Source of the DNA: Nemertoderma westbladi
Taxonomy: Eukaryota > Animalia > Xenacoelomorpha
Assembly (NCBI GenBank): GCA_032718475.1
Contig: JAUCBJ010008354.1
Span: 62,001-126,000, forward strand
Direction of reading: 5' to 3'
Length of the DNA: 64,000 nucleotides
Shown piece after piece: positions 11,354 to 23,600 of the stretch. The stretch's first letter is position 1. Each line of letters begins with the position of its first letter. The position numbers were made by a program, and so were the translations under genes. The notes under the pieces are model-generated. The model was not told where the DNA came from and made no database searches. It saw only the letters and a list, made by a program, of their open reading frames with translations.

Positions 11354-12533
11354 TGTAAAGGCTTTTGCGGAATTAGCCGGTTATTTTCCCTGTAAAGTAC
11401 TCTGTAGTTAGTTTAACAGGCATAAAAGGCCGTTTCCTTACTGTACTGGTGTTTTAGAGGACATAAAAGCCATTTCTTCTGTATGTGTACTTTAGCGGAC
11501 ATAATTAGCAATTCTATGACGCAATGCGCCAAATCCTCTTGAAACAGTGTAGCTACCATGACGACGGCTAACAGCTGATGCTGTACACGTGGAGCTTTTT
11601 CTTTGTTCTCTGTTCCTTCTTTGTTCGGTCGACCAATCAGAGCGTTTTTTGCCTCTGTGTTAGAGATTGTATATAGAAACTCGTGGAGTTGAGTCAGTAT
11701 GTGATTTTGTCCACAGCCTCGAACACCGGCTTTGGAACCTCCGTGTTTCAGTCTTTAGCCCAACATTAGTAGGCTTAATTATAGAACGTATATCTGTTAC
11801 CATAACAAACCAAATCAATCGAAACTCACTTAACGAACTAATCATATTGTCAACTACAAACAACGCATTTTTACGGCTATTTACTGTCGGTTATTCATTA
11901 TATTTGTTGATGGAATATTATATTTGGAATACTGATAAATAATCAGACACCCCAATCTTCTTGATATACTAAAGGTTAGAGAGACCGGTTACATATAACT
12001 ATTGCGACTTACATTAAGTGGTTTGAAGTGAATCTAATGCTATTTCATAGACCCTACATGTATTGTCTGTTGTTCTCTTTATATGTGACTAAAATTAGTG
12101 AATGTCAGCAGATCAGTGTGCAGCATTGTGCAGTATTGTGTATGATTGTGACTGATAACAAAGCATCTCCTAAAGAATGCGCCATATACGTGAATCTATA
12201 GCCATCCCGTTGTGTCTAGTTTAAGTCATAACTCTGTTTACATATTTAGAGCGCCACGTCCTAAAGGAACTGTTAATATTTCCCGAAAGTGAATAATATT
12301 TGTCAGAGATTATATATTACGATCAGTCGAATAATACAGTAGGCCTACCCCGCAATACGGTTAGGCTTCCGAATCCAGTCTCCCGGGTATATCCAGCGGG
12401 TGAATGATCGCGCATAGACTGGCTTCGGCTAATGTAGTGTATCAAATACTTGTCATAGGCTAAAGACGATCTATCATCTAAAAGACATCCCAATTTGGCA
12501 GGTTAAACTGCTAAAGGTCTGAAAGCGCGAACA
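11354..12533 (+). repeat. 3' LTR of A1 (1180 bp)
   Basis: TGTAAAGG...AAAGCGCGAACA; homologous to the A2 and A3 LTRs. Confidence 0.92.
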
Positions 12534-13282
12534 TTGCTTAACGGCTCACTTTGTGGGGTAGGTTAGCGGAATTGGATAAGCTAACACTCCCCCCATGCTA
12601 TCTTCCCGGTGAGAAGATAGCATCCACCTCTAGTGCGCTACAATTCCGACCTAGTGTCCGGATCCCGACCTAGTGTCGGGTGTGGGTTGGGATTATTTTC
12701 TTTCGGAGCCGGCTTTCCAGGCCGCTCCCTATGGGAATGATAATGCTACCCGTTTGCCTGGCGTCCCGTGTCGGGCCGATCGTGCGCTCCTCCCACACGA
12801 CTTTTGTTTCCCCAGCACTTTCGCCTCTCTAACTCTACTCTACTCTCACCCCAACTCTTACACTCTCGGACCTCTTCGTCCCTTAATCTGCCTCTTACTT
12901 CTCCCCCCCCCACACTTGAATTGCGCTCGCACTCTCTCTATACCCCGCACTCTCTTTGCACTACAACTCAACCTCTATCCTGACCACTCGCTCCCGACGA
13001 GTTTCACCCCTCCCTTTTGTGCCGTCGCACTCAAGAAGCGTGATGTCGTCCAATGTCTCGTCCGTGGTAGTATCATAGTCCATTGGTCCCCAGTCCCAGT
13101 AGCTAATTGAGAAAGGTTATATGACTATAGTACTTACTTCGAATATATTTTTATTACTAGATTACTGATTGTTAAGTACGTACATACAAATTGCACTTAT
13201 TCGATTATTTACATTATTTGAATTTGTATTTAAGAGTTCGCACGTCTCGCGTGGTGCCTTCCAGGCATGCCACACCGAAGTC

Positions 13283-14551
13283 TTAGTTCGTTCCACCAGC
13301 CTTTGGGAACCATCTTAAGTCTTTCCCTTTGCCATCCTCCTCCCTGGGTCGTTTCCTGGTTACTACCGCTCCTCTGGGATCTGTTTTCTGTCTTCGGACT
13401 CTCGCCGCCACCTCCTTACTGATCCCGGTCGTTGCCTCCTTGGGTGCCGGTGTTATCAGCTCCCGATATCGCTTCGCGGGTGGCCCCTCCGAGTGGCCCT
13501 GTTGTCTCCCCCTGGTGGTGTCCCATAAGATCATCTTCATTGCCCGCGGCACATGCTCCGCCAAGAAATCCCTAAACTCTCCTCTGCTCTGTGGCGTCCA
13601 CCTATCCAAATACCTCTGCGTATTTATCACCCCGGCATATGATGCCGCCGTCGCCACTTCCTGGTAGGTAACTGGAAGCCTCCATTTGATAATCTCCATG
13701 TGAGCCTCCTGATTGATGTTAAAGAAGCCCCACCGGAACTCCTTGGCCTTCATACGTTGTCGAGTCATCGCCCCGACGTCGGCCCATTCCTCGAAGACCC
13801 TAAACTTCTCTTCGTTGTCCATCCAGTCGCACTGGCGTCTGTAATGTCCCCGAAAGTTACACTTCGGACATCGGTTATGCAACCGTGGACACGCCCCCAT
13901 CCTGTGGCTCGACTCGCAGCAATAGAGACAAAAAGTCCCTTTCTGGAACCGGTACAAACAGCTCCTTTCCTGGTGGGTCTGTCTCCCACAGTAGTCGCAA
14001 CCGAGTACCAATGTCTCCCGCCCCACGTCGTCCTTCGTCCCAAGCGATCTCCACGGTCTGTGGAGTCGCTGGTAAGTGAACTTCCGGACGTTAGTGTCCC
14101 GATCTACGTCGATTTCCTCGCCCCTCTCGGGCATCGTCTCCCCGAATACTACTCGTGGTGCCGTCCCCGGTTGCTCGCCCAACCTGATAGTGCTCCCCGC
14201 GAAATCCATCGCCGGCTCCTCGTGCACCCAGGCCCGCTTGCCGGGTCTATCCCAGAAGGCCCTCGCCCCACTGGCCGTCACCACCCTCCCGCCAACCCAG
14301 TCCGTGTCCGAGTGGCCTATCCTCCCGATGGGTGGCATCTCTCCGAACTCGTCATCATCTTCGTCCACCTCTGGCAGTGGCTCCAACCCCGGTATCCCGG
14401 TGGATCCACTATGTCCCTTCCCGCCTTGGCTCTCGCCCGTAGCTCTCCATCCCTCTAGCTCCCCTAACTTCCTTAGCGGTTGGTCGCCCTCGGCGCCCGC
14501 TGGTATGGGCATCGCTTGCAACCCCGACGTCGACTGTTTCGGTGATCCCAC
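13283..14551 (-). pseudogene. B1 accessory ORF, C-terminal part with three zinc knuckles
   Basis: CDYCGRQTHQERSC, CLYCCESSHRMGAC, CPKCNFRGHYRRQC, then FEEWADVGAMTRQR..WGFF, which parallels WEANADLHCESRHR..EGVY in family A. Confidence 0.8.
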
Positions 14552-14729
14552 CGTCCATCCCAGTTCTCGCCCTAGAGACTCCCCCGAACTCCCTGACGAA
14601 GTCCAACGGAGTTCATCTAAGCCCGCCTGTTCCTCGAAGCCATAGCTAAGCGTCCTAGCTTCCTCCTCCCTTTCCTCTGCTTCTCTCCTCTCCCGTCAAG
14701 CAACTTCTTCCAGTCGCTTCGCCTCCCGT

Positions 14730-15872
14730 CTATCCGTCTCTAGCTCCTCCCATCTCTGATACGGCGTATCTATCCCCCTCGTCTACCAGATGTCGGCTGT
14801 TGTAGTACACCGACTCGCCCTTCAGCCCCGGGTGGTCTACCAGACCATCGAAAGCCGTCTTAAAGGCTCTTCTGTAGCTTAGGGGTGATCCCGATAACAG
14901 AAATGCCGCTGGTTCCCTCTCGATAACCACGGTTATGAATAAGTTAAGCAAACTTATCATTATCCAATCCTCCTGCAGGATATATCGCTTCTGATATACC
15001 TTTATCGCTCCTCTTCGGAATTGATACACCTCTTGCTTTCCCGGCCTTGCTCCCCACTTCAGCGAGTTCGCTAGTTCTGCTCCGTATTCTTCCCTGAACT
15101 TCCCCCAGTCCATCGGTTTGTGACATATGAGCCCCAATAGCTGGCCCATTGCCACCGCTCCGCATTGGCCTGTGTTCTCGACTAGTCCCAACCCGTCTGG
15201 TGCTGTCATAGCCATGAAGACCTTCTGCATATCCAGGAGGTTGGTGGCGTCCGGACCGATGATTCTCTCCGCGTCGTCGCGAATCGCCGATCCCACTTTC
15301 GTTGTCGACTTCTCCCTCACTAGGACCTGCACCGCCCTCGGCAGCCGGTCCAACTTCGGCCCATCCTTCTTCCCATACGTTCCCAGGTCAAATAGGAAAA
15401 TGTCCCCATTTGGCGCGGCCAAATGTAGGAGTATGGTCCTGGCCGACCCTGCCGATCCTCTCCTTGAATCCTCCTCGTCTTCCACGGTCCCTTCGTCGTC
15501 TAGGATCATGTATCCTCCCCTGTTGACGGACTCTATGAACCTCTTCCAATCTTTCCTCGGTGACTCTCTCTCGTACTTCGGAATCCCGAACTTTGCCTCG
15601 TCTCCTTTCACTACGTAGTGGAAATGCTCGAAGATCGCGTTGTCCAGCGACGGCGTCCCGTAGGTCCCGACCAGCCGCTGTTCATGCATCTCCCTGAAGT
15701 GGTCCTGTAGCGCTCGTGCTGCGCGAACCTTTTCCAACCACTCATAGTATCCTCTCGTCCTCTCTTCCGGATGCCTCTTGGTGAAATCCACCAGTATCTC
15801 CTTTCCTCCTTGCTCCGCCTTTCTCTTTCGCACAAGTTTGCTTGCCATCTCGAACTCTGCCCGATCTCTCAC
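14730..15872 (-). pseudogene. B1 accessory ORF, N-terminal part with DEDDy-like 3'-5' exonuclease fold
   Basis: YMILDDEGT, FLFDL, LPRAVQVLV, TKVGSAIRDD, LLDMQKVF, YQKRYILQED. Joins 13283-14551 after removing a 1-bp insertion (about 14775) and one TGA (about 14697). Confidence 0.8.
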
Positions 15873-16339
15873 CCTCTGGGTGGTGCCTTACCAAGGCGCT
15901 ATAGGATGAGTGATAGGTTTAGATGGTTTATTTTAGTTCGATGGCCTATCTCTTTCTGAATTTCTGAGTTATTGCCTATTTTTTACACTACTTAATTATG
16001 AAGCTACTAAATGTACCCTAAATCACAATTTTGTCCGTTGCTTTAATTATGTTCCAGAATTTTCTTTCCTACTGTTACCATAATTTTCATAATTTTCAGC
16101 CCTATTCTTATTTTATTTTAATTTAATTTTAATTCTACTGTCCTACTACTTACTATTGCCTATGGATTATTCTATTTCATAATCCACATTCTGGCCTACT
16201 CTGTGGGCTTGTGCAGTACAACAGTATGCGTCGCGCGGCCTACACAATTTATCCAGCTGTACTCATATGCCCCCCTCTCGCTACTAACTACTGACTAATA
16301 TGTATACTATATATACCCCTCTACCGCTATCTCTTACTA

Positions 16340-16745
16340 ACTAGTACTACGTACTTTCTTACTAACTTCTAACTCTCTCTAACTAACTAACGGTACTACG
16401 TACCCTCTAACTCTTACTCTCTCTAACTAACGGTACTACGTACCCTCTAACTCTTACTCTCTCTAACTAACTAACGGTACTACGTACCCTCTAACTCTTA
16501 CTCTCTCTAACTAACTAACGGTACTACGTACCCTCTAACTCTTACTCTCTCTTAACTTACTAACGGTACTACGTACCCTCTAACTCTTACTCTCTCTAAC
16601 TAACTAATGGTACTACGTACCCTCTAACTCTTACTCTCTCTTAACTAACTAACGGTACTACGTACCCTCTAACTCTTACTCTCTCTTAACTGACTAACGG
16701 TACTACGTACCCTCTTACTAACCTCTATCTAACTCAACTAACTAA
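16340..16745. repeat. Tandem array of about 9-10 units of 36-41 bp between B1 pol and the accessory ORF
   Basis: Unit CTAACTAACGGTACTACGTACCCTCTAACTCTTACTCTCT. Confidence 0.92.
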
Positions 16746-16897
16746 CGTCCATCTGCCTACTTACTGCGTACCTAGTTATTATATTTATTATTTATTTATT
16801 TTTATTTTATTTTTTTTGTGTGGGAAGGGCGTCTCGCCCGCAATCCCACCCCCCTCAGTCCAAAATTTGGACGACTAAACTTCTCTCACACTCTACA

Positions 16898-17251
16898 CTA
16901 AGGTGCCCCCTCTAGAAGACAACACTTTCCTACAGCCCTTCTGTAGGTTTTCCTGTCTTTCGCACCTATCTTGCCACCTATCCGCACTTCTACCGATCGG
17001 ACTCTTCCGTCCTTGTCGGAGTAAGTGCCTACTACTCTCGCCAACCGCCACTGGTTGTTGATGATAGTATCATCCGTGACAATCACGAGATCACCCACTT
17101 TCAGCTCTCTGTTCGTCTTCCTCCACTTACTTCTTCTGTGAAGCGTGGGTAGGTATTCCTCAACCCACCTTCTCCAATATTCTGCGCTTATCGCCTTAGC
17201 GACTTTCCAACTCTGGCGTGAGTGTATGTCATCTGAGTCTACACCCCGCAT
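16898..17251 (-). pseudogene. pol: B1 pol C-terminus (post-integrase domain)
   Basis: YWRRWVEEYLPTLHRRSKW, WRLARVV, DGRVRSVEV; frameshifted from 17387-19018. Confidence 0.88.
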
Positions 17252-17386
17252 ATCGATGGTCGCTGGTCGCTGGTCTCTCCATTAGGAAATGGCTGGGCGT
17301 TAGCACATCTAGTGACTCAGGGTCATCATTCACTGGATATAGCGGTCTGCTATTAATGATACCCTCACACTTCGCAAGTACTGTCC

Positions 17387-19018
17387 TTAGCACGTCCTCC
17401 GTGACCAGACCATATGGGTGTTCATCAACTTCGTCATCAGACGCTTCGAACTACCCACGAGTCTCTCGACGCATCCTAGGGTATGCGGTGCATACGGCGT
17501 CCTCCTTTCCCACTTTACTTGTCGTCGCCTCATGGCTGCCCTGACTTCCTCTCCTTCCAGGATATCCAAGGCCTCTGCCATCTCGTTCTCCGCCCCCACA
17601 AAGTTGGTCCCGTTGTCGGAGTATATTACTGCAATCGTCCCACCTTTGCGGTCTCTAAACCTCTCTAAGGCATTAATGAATGCCGATGCGGTTGCGTCTT
17701 GGGCGAGTTCTATCCCTACCGCCCGCGTGTTATTACATACGAAGATAATACCGTAGCGTTTCTCCGTGTGCTGCATCACCTTGATCTTTATCGGCCCGAA
17801 CATGTCCACACCGCTATGTGTAAATGGCGGGTCGTGCTGTCTTACCCTACTTGCTGGTAGTAGTGCCATCTCCTGTATGGCTCGCTCCTTCTTCGTTCGT
17901 CGGCAGGTCTGGCACTGCCCCACTACCGCCTTTACCTTCTTCCTCAATTGTTTGACCCAAAAGGTCCTCCTTATCTCCGTGAGGGTTCGGTTGGTGCCCC
18001 CGTGCAATATCGATTTGTGGGAGTCCCAAATAATCTGGTGGACTATCGGCGATCCTGTGGGGATGATGATGGGCTTCGGTGGAACAACGATACTGTTGTT
18101 GTATCCCACCCTAGAGTTCATTACTAGGATCCCGTCGTCATTAAGTTGTGGCGACAGCGTGATCAGCTCGCTGTCCCGTCGGAGATGCTGTTGTTTACCG
18201 ACGCGTTCCACCTCGTCGCCGTAGTTCTTCTTTTGCTCGTAGCGGATGACTGCTTTAGCCGCTCCTTCCAGATCTATTGCCATTCTAATCTTCACGTCTT
18301 TGCCAACTCCCCTGAGGAAATTCCCGAAGGCTCTCCAGTACGCCACTAATTTCTTGGTCTTGTACCAACTAGAACTGTAGCTAAGGAGTTTATCCGTCGG
18401 GTTATCGCACAGTTGTTGTTTAGGTTGCACGTCTCTAATCTCCCTCACCATCTGGGAGTATATCTCTTCTCCCTCTGAATCTCCCTCTTCTCCTTCTAAC
18501 ACTACTTCTCCTGAGTCCGGGTCCACCTTTCTCATCGGCGGCCAGGCCTCCCTATCGCTCAGAAACTGTGGCCCGTGTTGCCACAATACTTCCTTCTTCA
18601 AGAAAGTGTGGCGTACCACGCCCTTCGATAACAAGTCCGCTGGGTTCTCGTCCGTTGGGCAGTAGTGCCACCTTTCCAGTTCTGTGATCGCCCTTATTTC
18701 GTCCACCCTATTCGCGACGAATATAGGGTATCTCGTCCTTTCATTATGTAGCCAACCAAGCACTACCATGGAATCCGTCCAGTAGTGCATCTCCACTATG
18801 TTGGGAATAGCATCCATTAGGTAGGCTGTAGCCCTAACTCCTAGTCTCGCAGCTGTCAATTCTAGTTTGGGAACTGATGCTGAATCTGGTGGCATTGACT
18901 TCGCTTTGCTGAAGGCGAGTCTGGGTTTGTGAGCCCCCTCTCGTTGTACTAAATAGAGTGCCGCTCTGTATGCCTCCAACGACGCATCGGAGAACATGTG
19001 TAAGTCCAGATTCGTCAT
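17387..19018 (-). pseudogene. pol: B1 pol: RNase H and integrase core
   Basis: LHMFSDAS, VPKLELTAA, WTDS, NPADLLSKG, HHCC, GVDMFGP, SDNGTNF. Confidence 0.9.
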
Positions 19019-19040
19019 GTCCCCATCCGGGAAATACGCT

Positions 19041-20266
19041 TGTTCGCGCTTTCAGACCTTTGGCAGTTTAACCCGCCAAATTAGGATGTCTTCTAGATAA
19101 TAAATCGCTTTTAGCCTCTGACAAGTATTTGATTCACTACACTAGTCGAAACCAATCTGTGCGCGATCATTCACCCGCTGGATATACCCGGGAGATTGGG
19201 TTCGACGGCTTAATCTTATTGCTATGTAAGCCTAATGTATTATTCGACTGACAGTATTATATAATCTCTGACAATATTATTCACCTTCGGGGAATATTAA
19301 CAGTTCCTTTAGGACGTGGCGCTCTATCTATATAAACAGAGTTATGACTTAAACTACTCACAACGATATGGCTTAGTTATAATTCACATATATGGCGCAT
19401 TCTTTAGGAAATGCTTCGTTATCAGTCTCACTCATACACAATGCTGCACAATACTGCACACTAATCTGCCGATCTTCACTGATTTTAGTCACATATAAAA
19501 GGAACACAGACCGACTCATGTAGGGTCTATCAAATAACATTAGATTCACTTCAAACCACTTTAACATAAGTCACAATCGTTATATGTAACCTGTCTCTCT
19601 TACCTTCTGTATATCAAGAATATTGGGTTTTCGGGGTTATTTATCGTTATTCCAAATATAATAATTCATCAACCATATTATGAAGAACCGACAGTAAATA
19701 GCAGTATAACAATATAAAAGTATGCACAGGTATATTAGATTAGGTATGTTGCGTTGATTGAGTATGGGCCAGTTAACCAGTGTTTTGGTTTGATAACGGA
19801 TATATGTCCTTATAATTAAGCCTACTAGTGTTAGGCTAAAACAGAAAAGCACAAAATATTCCAAAGCCGCTCTCTCCTGGCTCAGGACAGAATGTCAACA
19901 CTGCCCATAATGCATTGCGTGATTTCTAGGAAATTTCTGTGCAAGAGCCATAAAAATGCTCTGATTGGCTGACTGAACTAAGAGACGCCGTAGAACAAAG
20001 AAAATCGACACGTATGAATATCAGCTGTTAACCGTCGTCATAGTAACTACTGTTCAAGAGTAGCTATCCCCTTTTGCGTCACGGAATTGCCATAGAATCA
20101 TCAACTATGCCTTCCACAGTACACATACGGAGGAAATAGCTCTTAGATCCTCTAAAAAACACCGATACAGCAATAATACGGTCTCTTACACCTATTAAAT
20201 CAACTACAGAGTATTTTAATGTAAAAATAATAAAAATAACGAGGCAATTCAGCAAAGGCTTTTACA
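19041..20266 (-). repeat. 3' LTR of A2
   Basis: On the + strand TGTTCGCGC...TTTTACA, followed by CCGCTCCC (the PPT); matches 37124-38330 with about a dozen differences. Confidence 0.95.
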
Positions 20267-20344
20267 CCGCTCCCAGAAAATGGGATTTTCAGTCTATAAA
20301 ATATAAAAATCACAGTTTCTAAAACCTAAAGATACTCTAAACAG

Positions 20345-20695
20345 TTAGTCTTTCTTACGCGGACGGCGTTTACGCAGTTTCTTGAAGCTAGCAAGAGTCC
20401 TTTTCTCTTTGGGGCGAGCCACTTTACGAGGAGGGCTGTAGCTCCTAGGCGAAGGGTGCAATACAATTGCATCAGAAGGTGTAGGGTTACGATCGGTATA
20501 CCCGCCGGTCGAAGTACCTGGTTGATTAATATCAACCTCAGTGGAGCGAGGTCTAACGGCCTTTAGAGCGCGTCTCAGGACAGCAGCTCCTACGGGTCCT
20601 TGACGGGTCGTCTGGACACTAGCGGTGGGTGGACCGTGAGTGGTGAGGAACTTTCTCGGTTTAATGGTTCTCTCCAGCTCGCGTTCGATATTCAT
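20345..20695 (-). pseudogene. A2 ORF-X C-terminal tail, separated by an 8-bp deletion
   Basis: Matches the last ~110 aa of the A1 1219-aa protein. Confidence 0.85.
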
Positions 20696-23600
20696 ATGGT
20701 CGCCGAGATACTTCCTGTAGTTCAGGATGCGAGTTCACAAAGATGTCGCCATACTCAGGGTCCTGACGGATAAAATTGATCAGGTGATATGTGGTTATAT
20801 CATTAGGGTTAACGTTTCTAAGGTATTTTCTGACAAACTTGGTGGAAATACACTCACCAACACGCTTCATTAACTCGTAACTTGGTACGCGTGTTTTCTG
20901 TTCAATCGACGCGAATAGATAAGGATGGAACGCGTAAACTCCCTCGTAAGCTCGTCCAGGGTAATAGCGATGTCGGGATTCGCAATGTAAATCCGCGTTC
21001 GCTTCCCAAGCTCGGATGTATCGCAGGGTGATCATCTCGTCTACGCTCTCTAAATCGCGATTAAAGGGACAATTGTAACTTTCATGTCCTTTAAGTTGAC
21101 AGTAGTGACATTGAGTCATAAATTGTGGGCATATGGCAAAAATATGAGAGTTATTAAGCCTGCAATAAGCACAATATATTTCCATCATCGGTTGTTCGAG
21201 GAAATAGGAACAAGGTACGCTCGAGTCTAGAGGGGTGAAGTGGTCTCTTGATGCGCATAATCGACAACGTTTTCGAGAAACGTAGTTGGCGTGTCGATAA
21301 TCGTACGCTGTGAGACGTTGTGGACCTTGATACCACTCTATGACATAATCATTGTCACTGCTCCGGGAAGCTGTAGGCTGAATCGCTTCTGATTCCAAGC
21401 ATACTGGTTCATCCTCCAGCTGTATAGACGAAGTGGGTGCGTCTGTCTCAGTAAGTGGATCCACTGTCTGTATTTCCACGACAGAATAACCTGTAGGTAT
21501 TCGGGGTCTTTGTATAACGGATGAATGTAAGTTCTGTATACAAACGTCTTGAAAAACGGCAAATCCAGCGCTACTCAGTTTCTCCGCAGCTGAGTCTCTC
21601 AGACTGAGTTTGGTCAGCGCGCGGTCCTTGAACTGACTATCGACGTTACGGAACGGAGTCAGAAAGCGCCGGAAACATTCGAAACGTATGAACTTATTGT
21701 GTTCGTCTAACTTGGCGAGTTTAGTTCCAAGTATTAATGGGTGAGCGCGTATGGTACGACTGCACACATCGGCTAGCCAACCGGCAAGTGCTGCGTTTTC
21801 AAAGATCGTGTATATAGCTAAGGAAGGGCGAAGTGGAACACTCATAAAGCTATATACGGCACCAGGCGCAGTTAATGGTCCATCAAAATATAAACGAGAG
21901 TAATGATCTCCATATACTTGCTGGTAATTGATAGGATTTCCAACTTTGAAATTCCATCCATATTCTTGAAAGGCAAGATGTCCGATGGATGTCCGTTGTA
22001 CCTTAGTAATGTCGCTGGGTGTATTGGCATACATAGTGCGAAAGAAACCTCGGCCTTCGGCCCAAGGAGCAATCAGCTGAGTATCAACGAAAGGGTATGG
22101 AATGTTCTCCATATTCCGGAAGTCGTTTTGGAGATCTCCATAAACAGCTGAGCCGATTTTTAGGATTCTTTCGTTAAACAACATTTCGAGCACAGGTTGG
22201 GGTAACATTGATCCATCGATACCCATGGCCGGTTTGCGCTCGGTGTCGGTGACGTAACGCTGCGCGAGCTCGAATTGTCCATGTCGAAGTTTCTTTTGTG
22301 TCTCCGTAAGAGTTTCAAAAGAATAATCAATCACGTCGGAACACGCTCGAGTGAATACGTGGGTAGAACCAGCGAGTCCTCGTATATGTATCATTCGCGT
22401 AGTTCCTAGTTCTCCCACCGGAACGCTACCTTCGTTGTCATAAGTAATAACGCCATACATCTCGATAACGTTAAGAGTCTCGTTCCATTCTTTAGTGGCG
22501 TTTTCGAGAGTCATTCCCACTGGATGCCACAAAGTAGCGCATTCGCTAGCATTGGGTAAATCTCTATACTTTAAGCATTGTGTAGTATAGGTTTCCACAT
22601 CTCCATATCGTTTTATTCTTTCTTCCTCGAATAACACGTCAAGATTCCAGTGCACTAATCGAGTTTTAATGAATCCATCAAGATTGTACGGAGGTAATAT
22701 TTCTTTCTCTATTCTGGAAATATTATACGGTTTTCGAAATGAGTTTAGTTTAACTAGCTGATCTAGATGTTTTTGTAGTTGTTCAAGTTCGACAAGGTCG
22801 AGAGGATTGATTAATGGTAGAAACCTCAAACCATGCGTAGGATCTTCCGGTTTTACCATGTAATATTGCTTTAAATTGACGTAATAAGGATGATCCTTAA
22901 TTCCATAAAATGAGTCCGGCAAAGGTCTAGCGCATATGTTAACATCGTGTACCATGCGACGGACAAGATCCGCTCTATTGTCCGGAGGCTCAACAAGTAC
23001 ACCATCGACACGAGCAGCCGCGATGGGTGGACGTTGTATCATAGGAGCGTCAGCAATGAGTTCTTGAGATCTGAGATCGGTATTAACCGGTTGAGGCTGT
23101 ACCGTAGCAAAGAGCTTGTCTTTAAAATGAGGAACCATCGAGGGGTGGAGGATCGTTTTGGAATAGAGATCCGTCACGAGAATTTGAGTTTCTGGTTGGG
23201 CTAAAGCAGCTTCTTCCCTCTCAGTCAGCTCTATATTTCTCTCCTCGAGCTGATTTTCCTCCGCTTGTTGTTGCAAGCGCTCGTCCAGGAATTCCTGTAA
23301 GGAGTAGGTTCGTCCACGTTCGATGTCCTCCTCTAGATTTTGTATTTCTCTATCGAACTGGGGTAAAGCTAGTTCTTTCACCGCTTGGACTTGTTGTTGC
23401 AATTTACGTTTTTCCAAGCAATCGTAAGTTCCTTTTCCGATTTTCTGCCGAATAGCGTCCAATGCATTTCGTATCACGCTCTCTTCGACTTCTGTAACAG
23501 GTTGGATCGGAGGGAGGCCAGGACGGTTGTAGGGGTTAAACGGTGATATTAGATGACCGCGTCCTAGTCCAGCGAGGTAAAGTTGGCGAATATCTAACGA

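Larger units (their letters stand above)
1..12533 (+). mobile_element. Bel/Pao LTR retrotransposon family A, copy A1 (5' part outside window; inserted 53 bp into the 3' LTR of element B1)
   Basis: Order is gag (3 CCHC knuckles), protease, RT, RNase H, integrase, accessory ORFs, PPT, then a TG...CA LTR. Collinear with copy A2. Confidence 0.95.

Noticed and set aside
13329-15618. Plus-strand ORFs of 100-250 aa over the B accessory gene, and similar antisense ORFs over pol genes
   Set aside because: These are shadows of the coding strand with no recognisable motifs.
16340-16745. CRISPR-like array
   Set aside because: Units are contiguous without unique spacers, there are no cas genes, and the context is eukaryotic transposon DNA.
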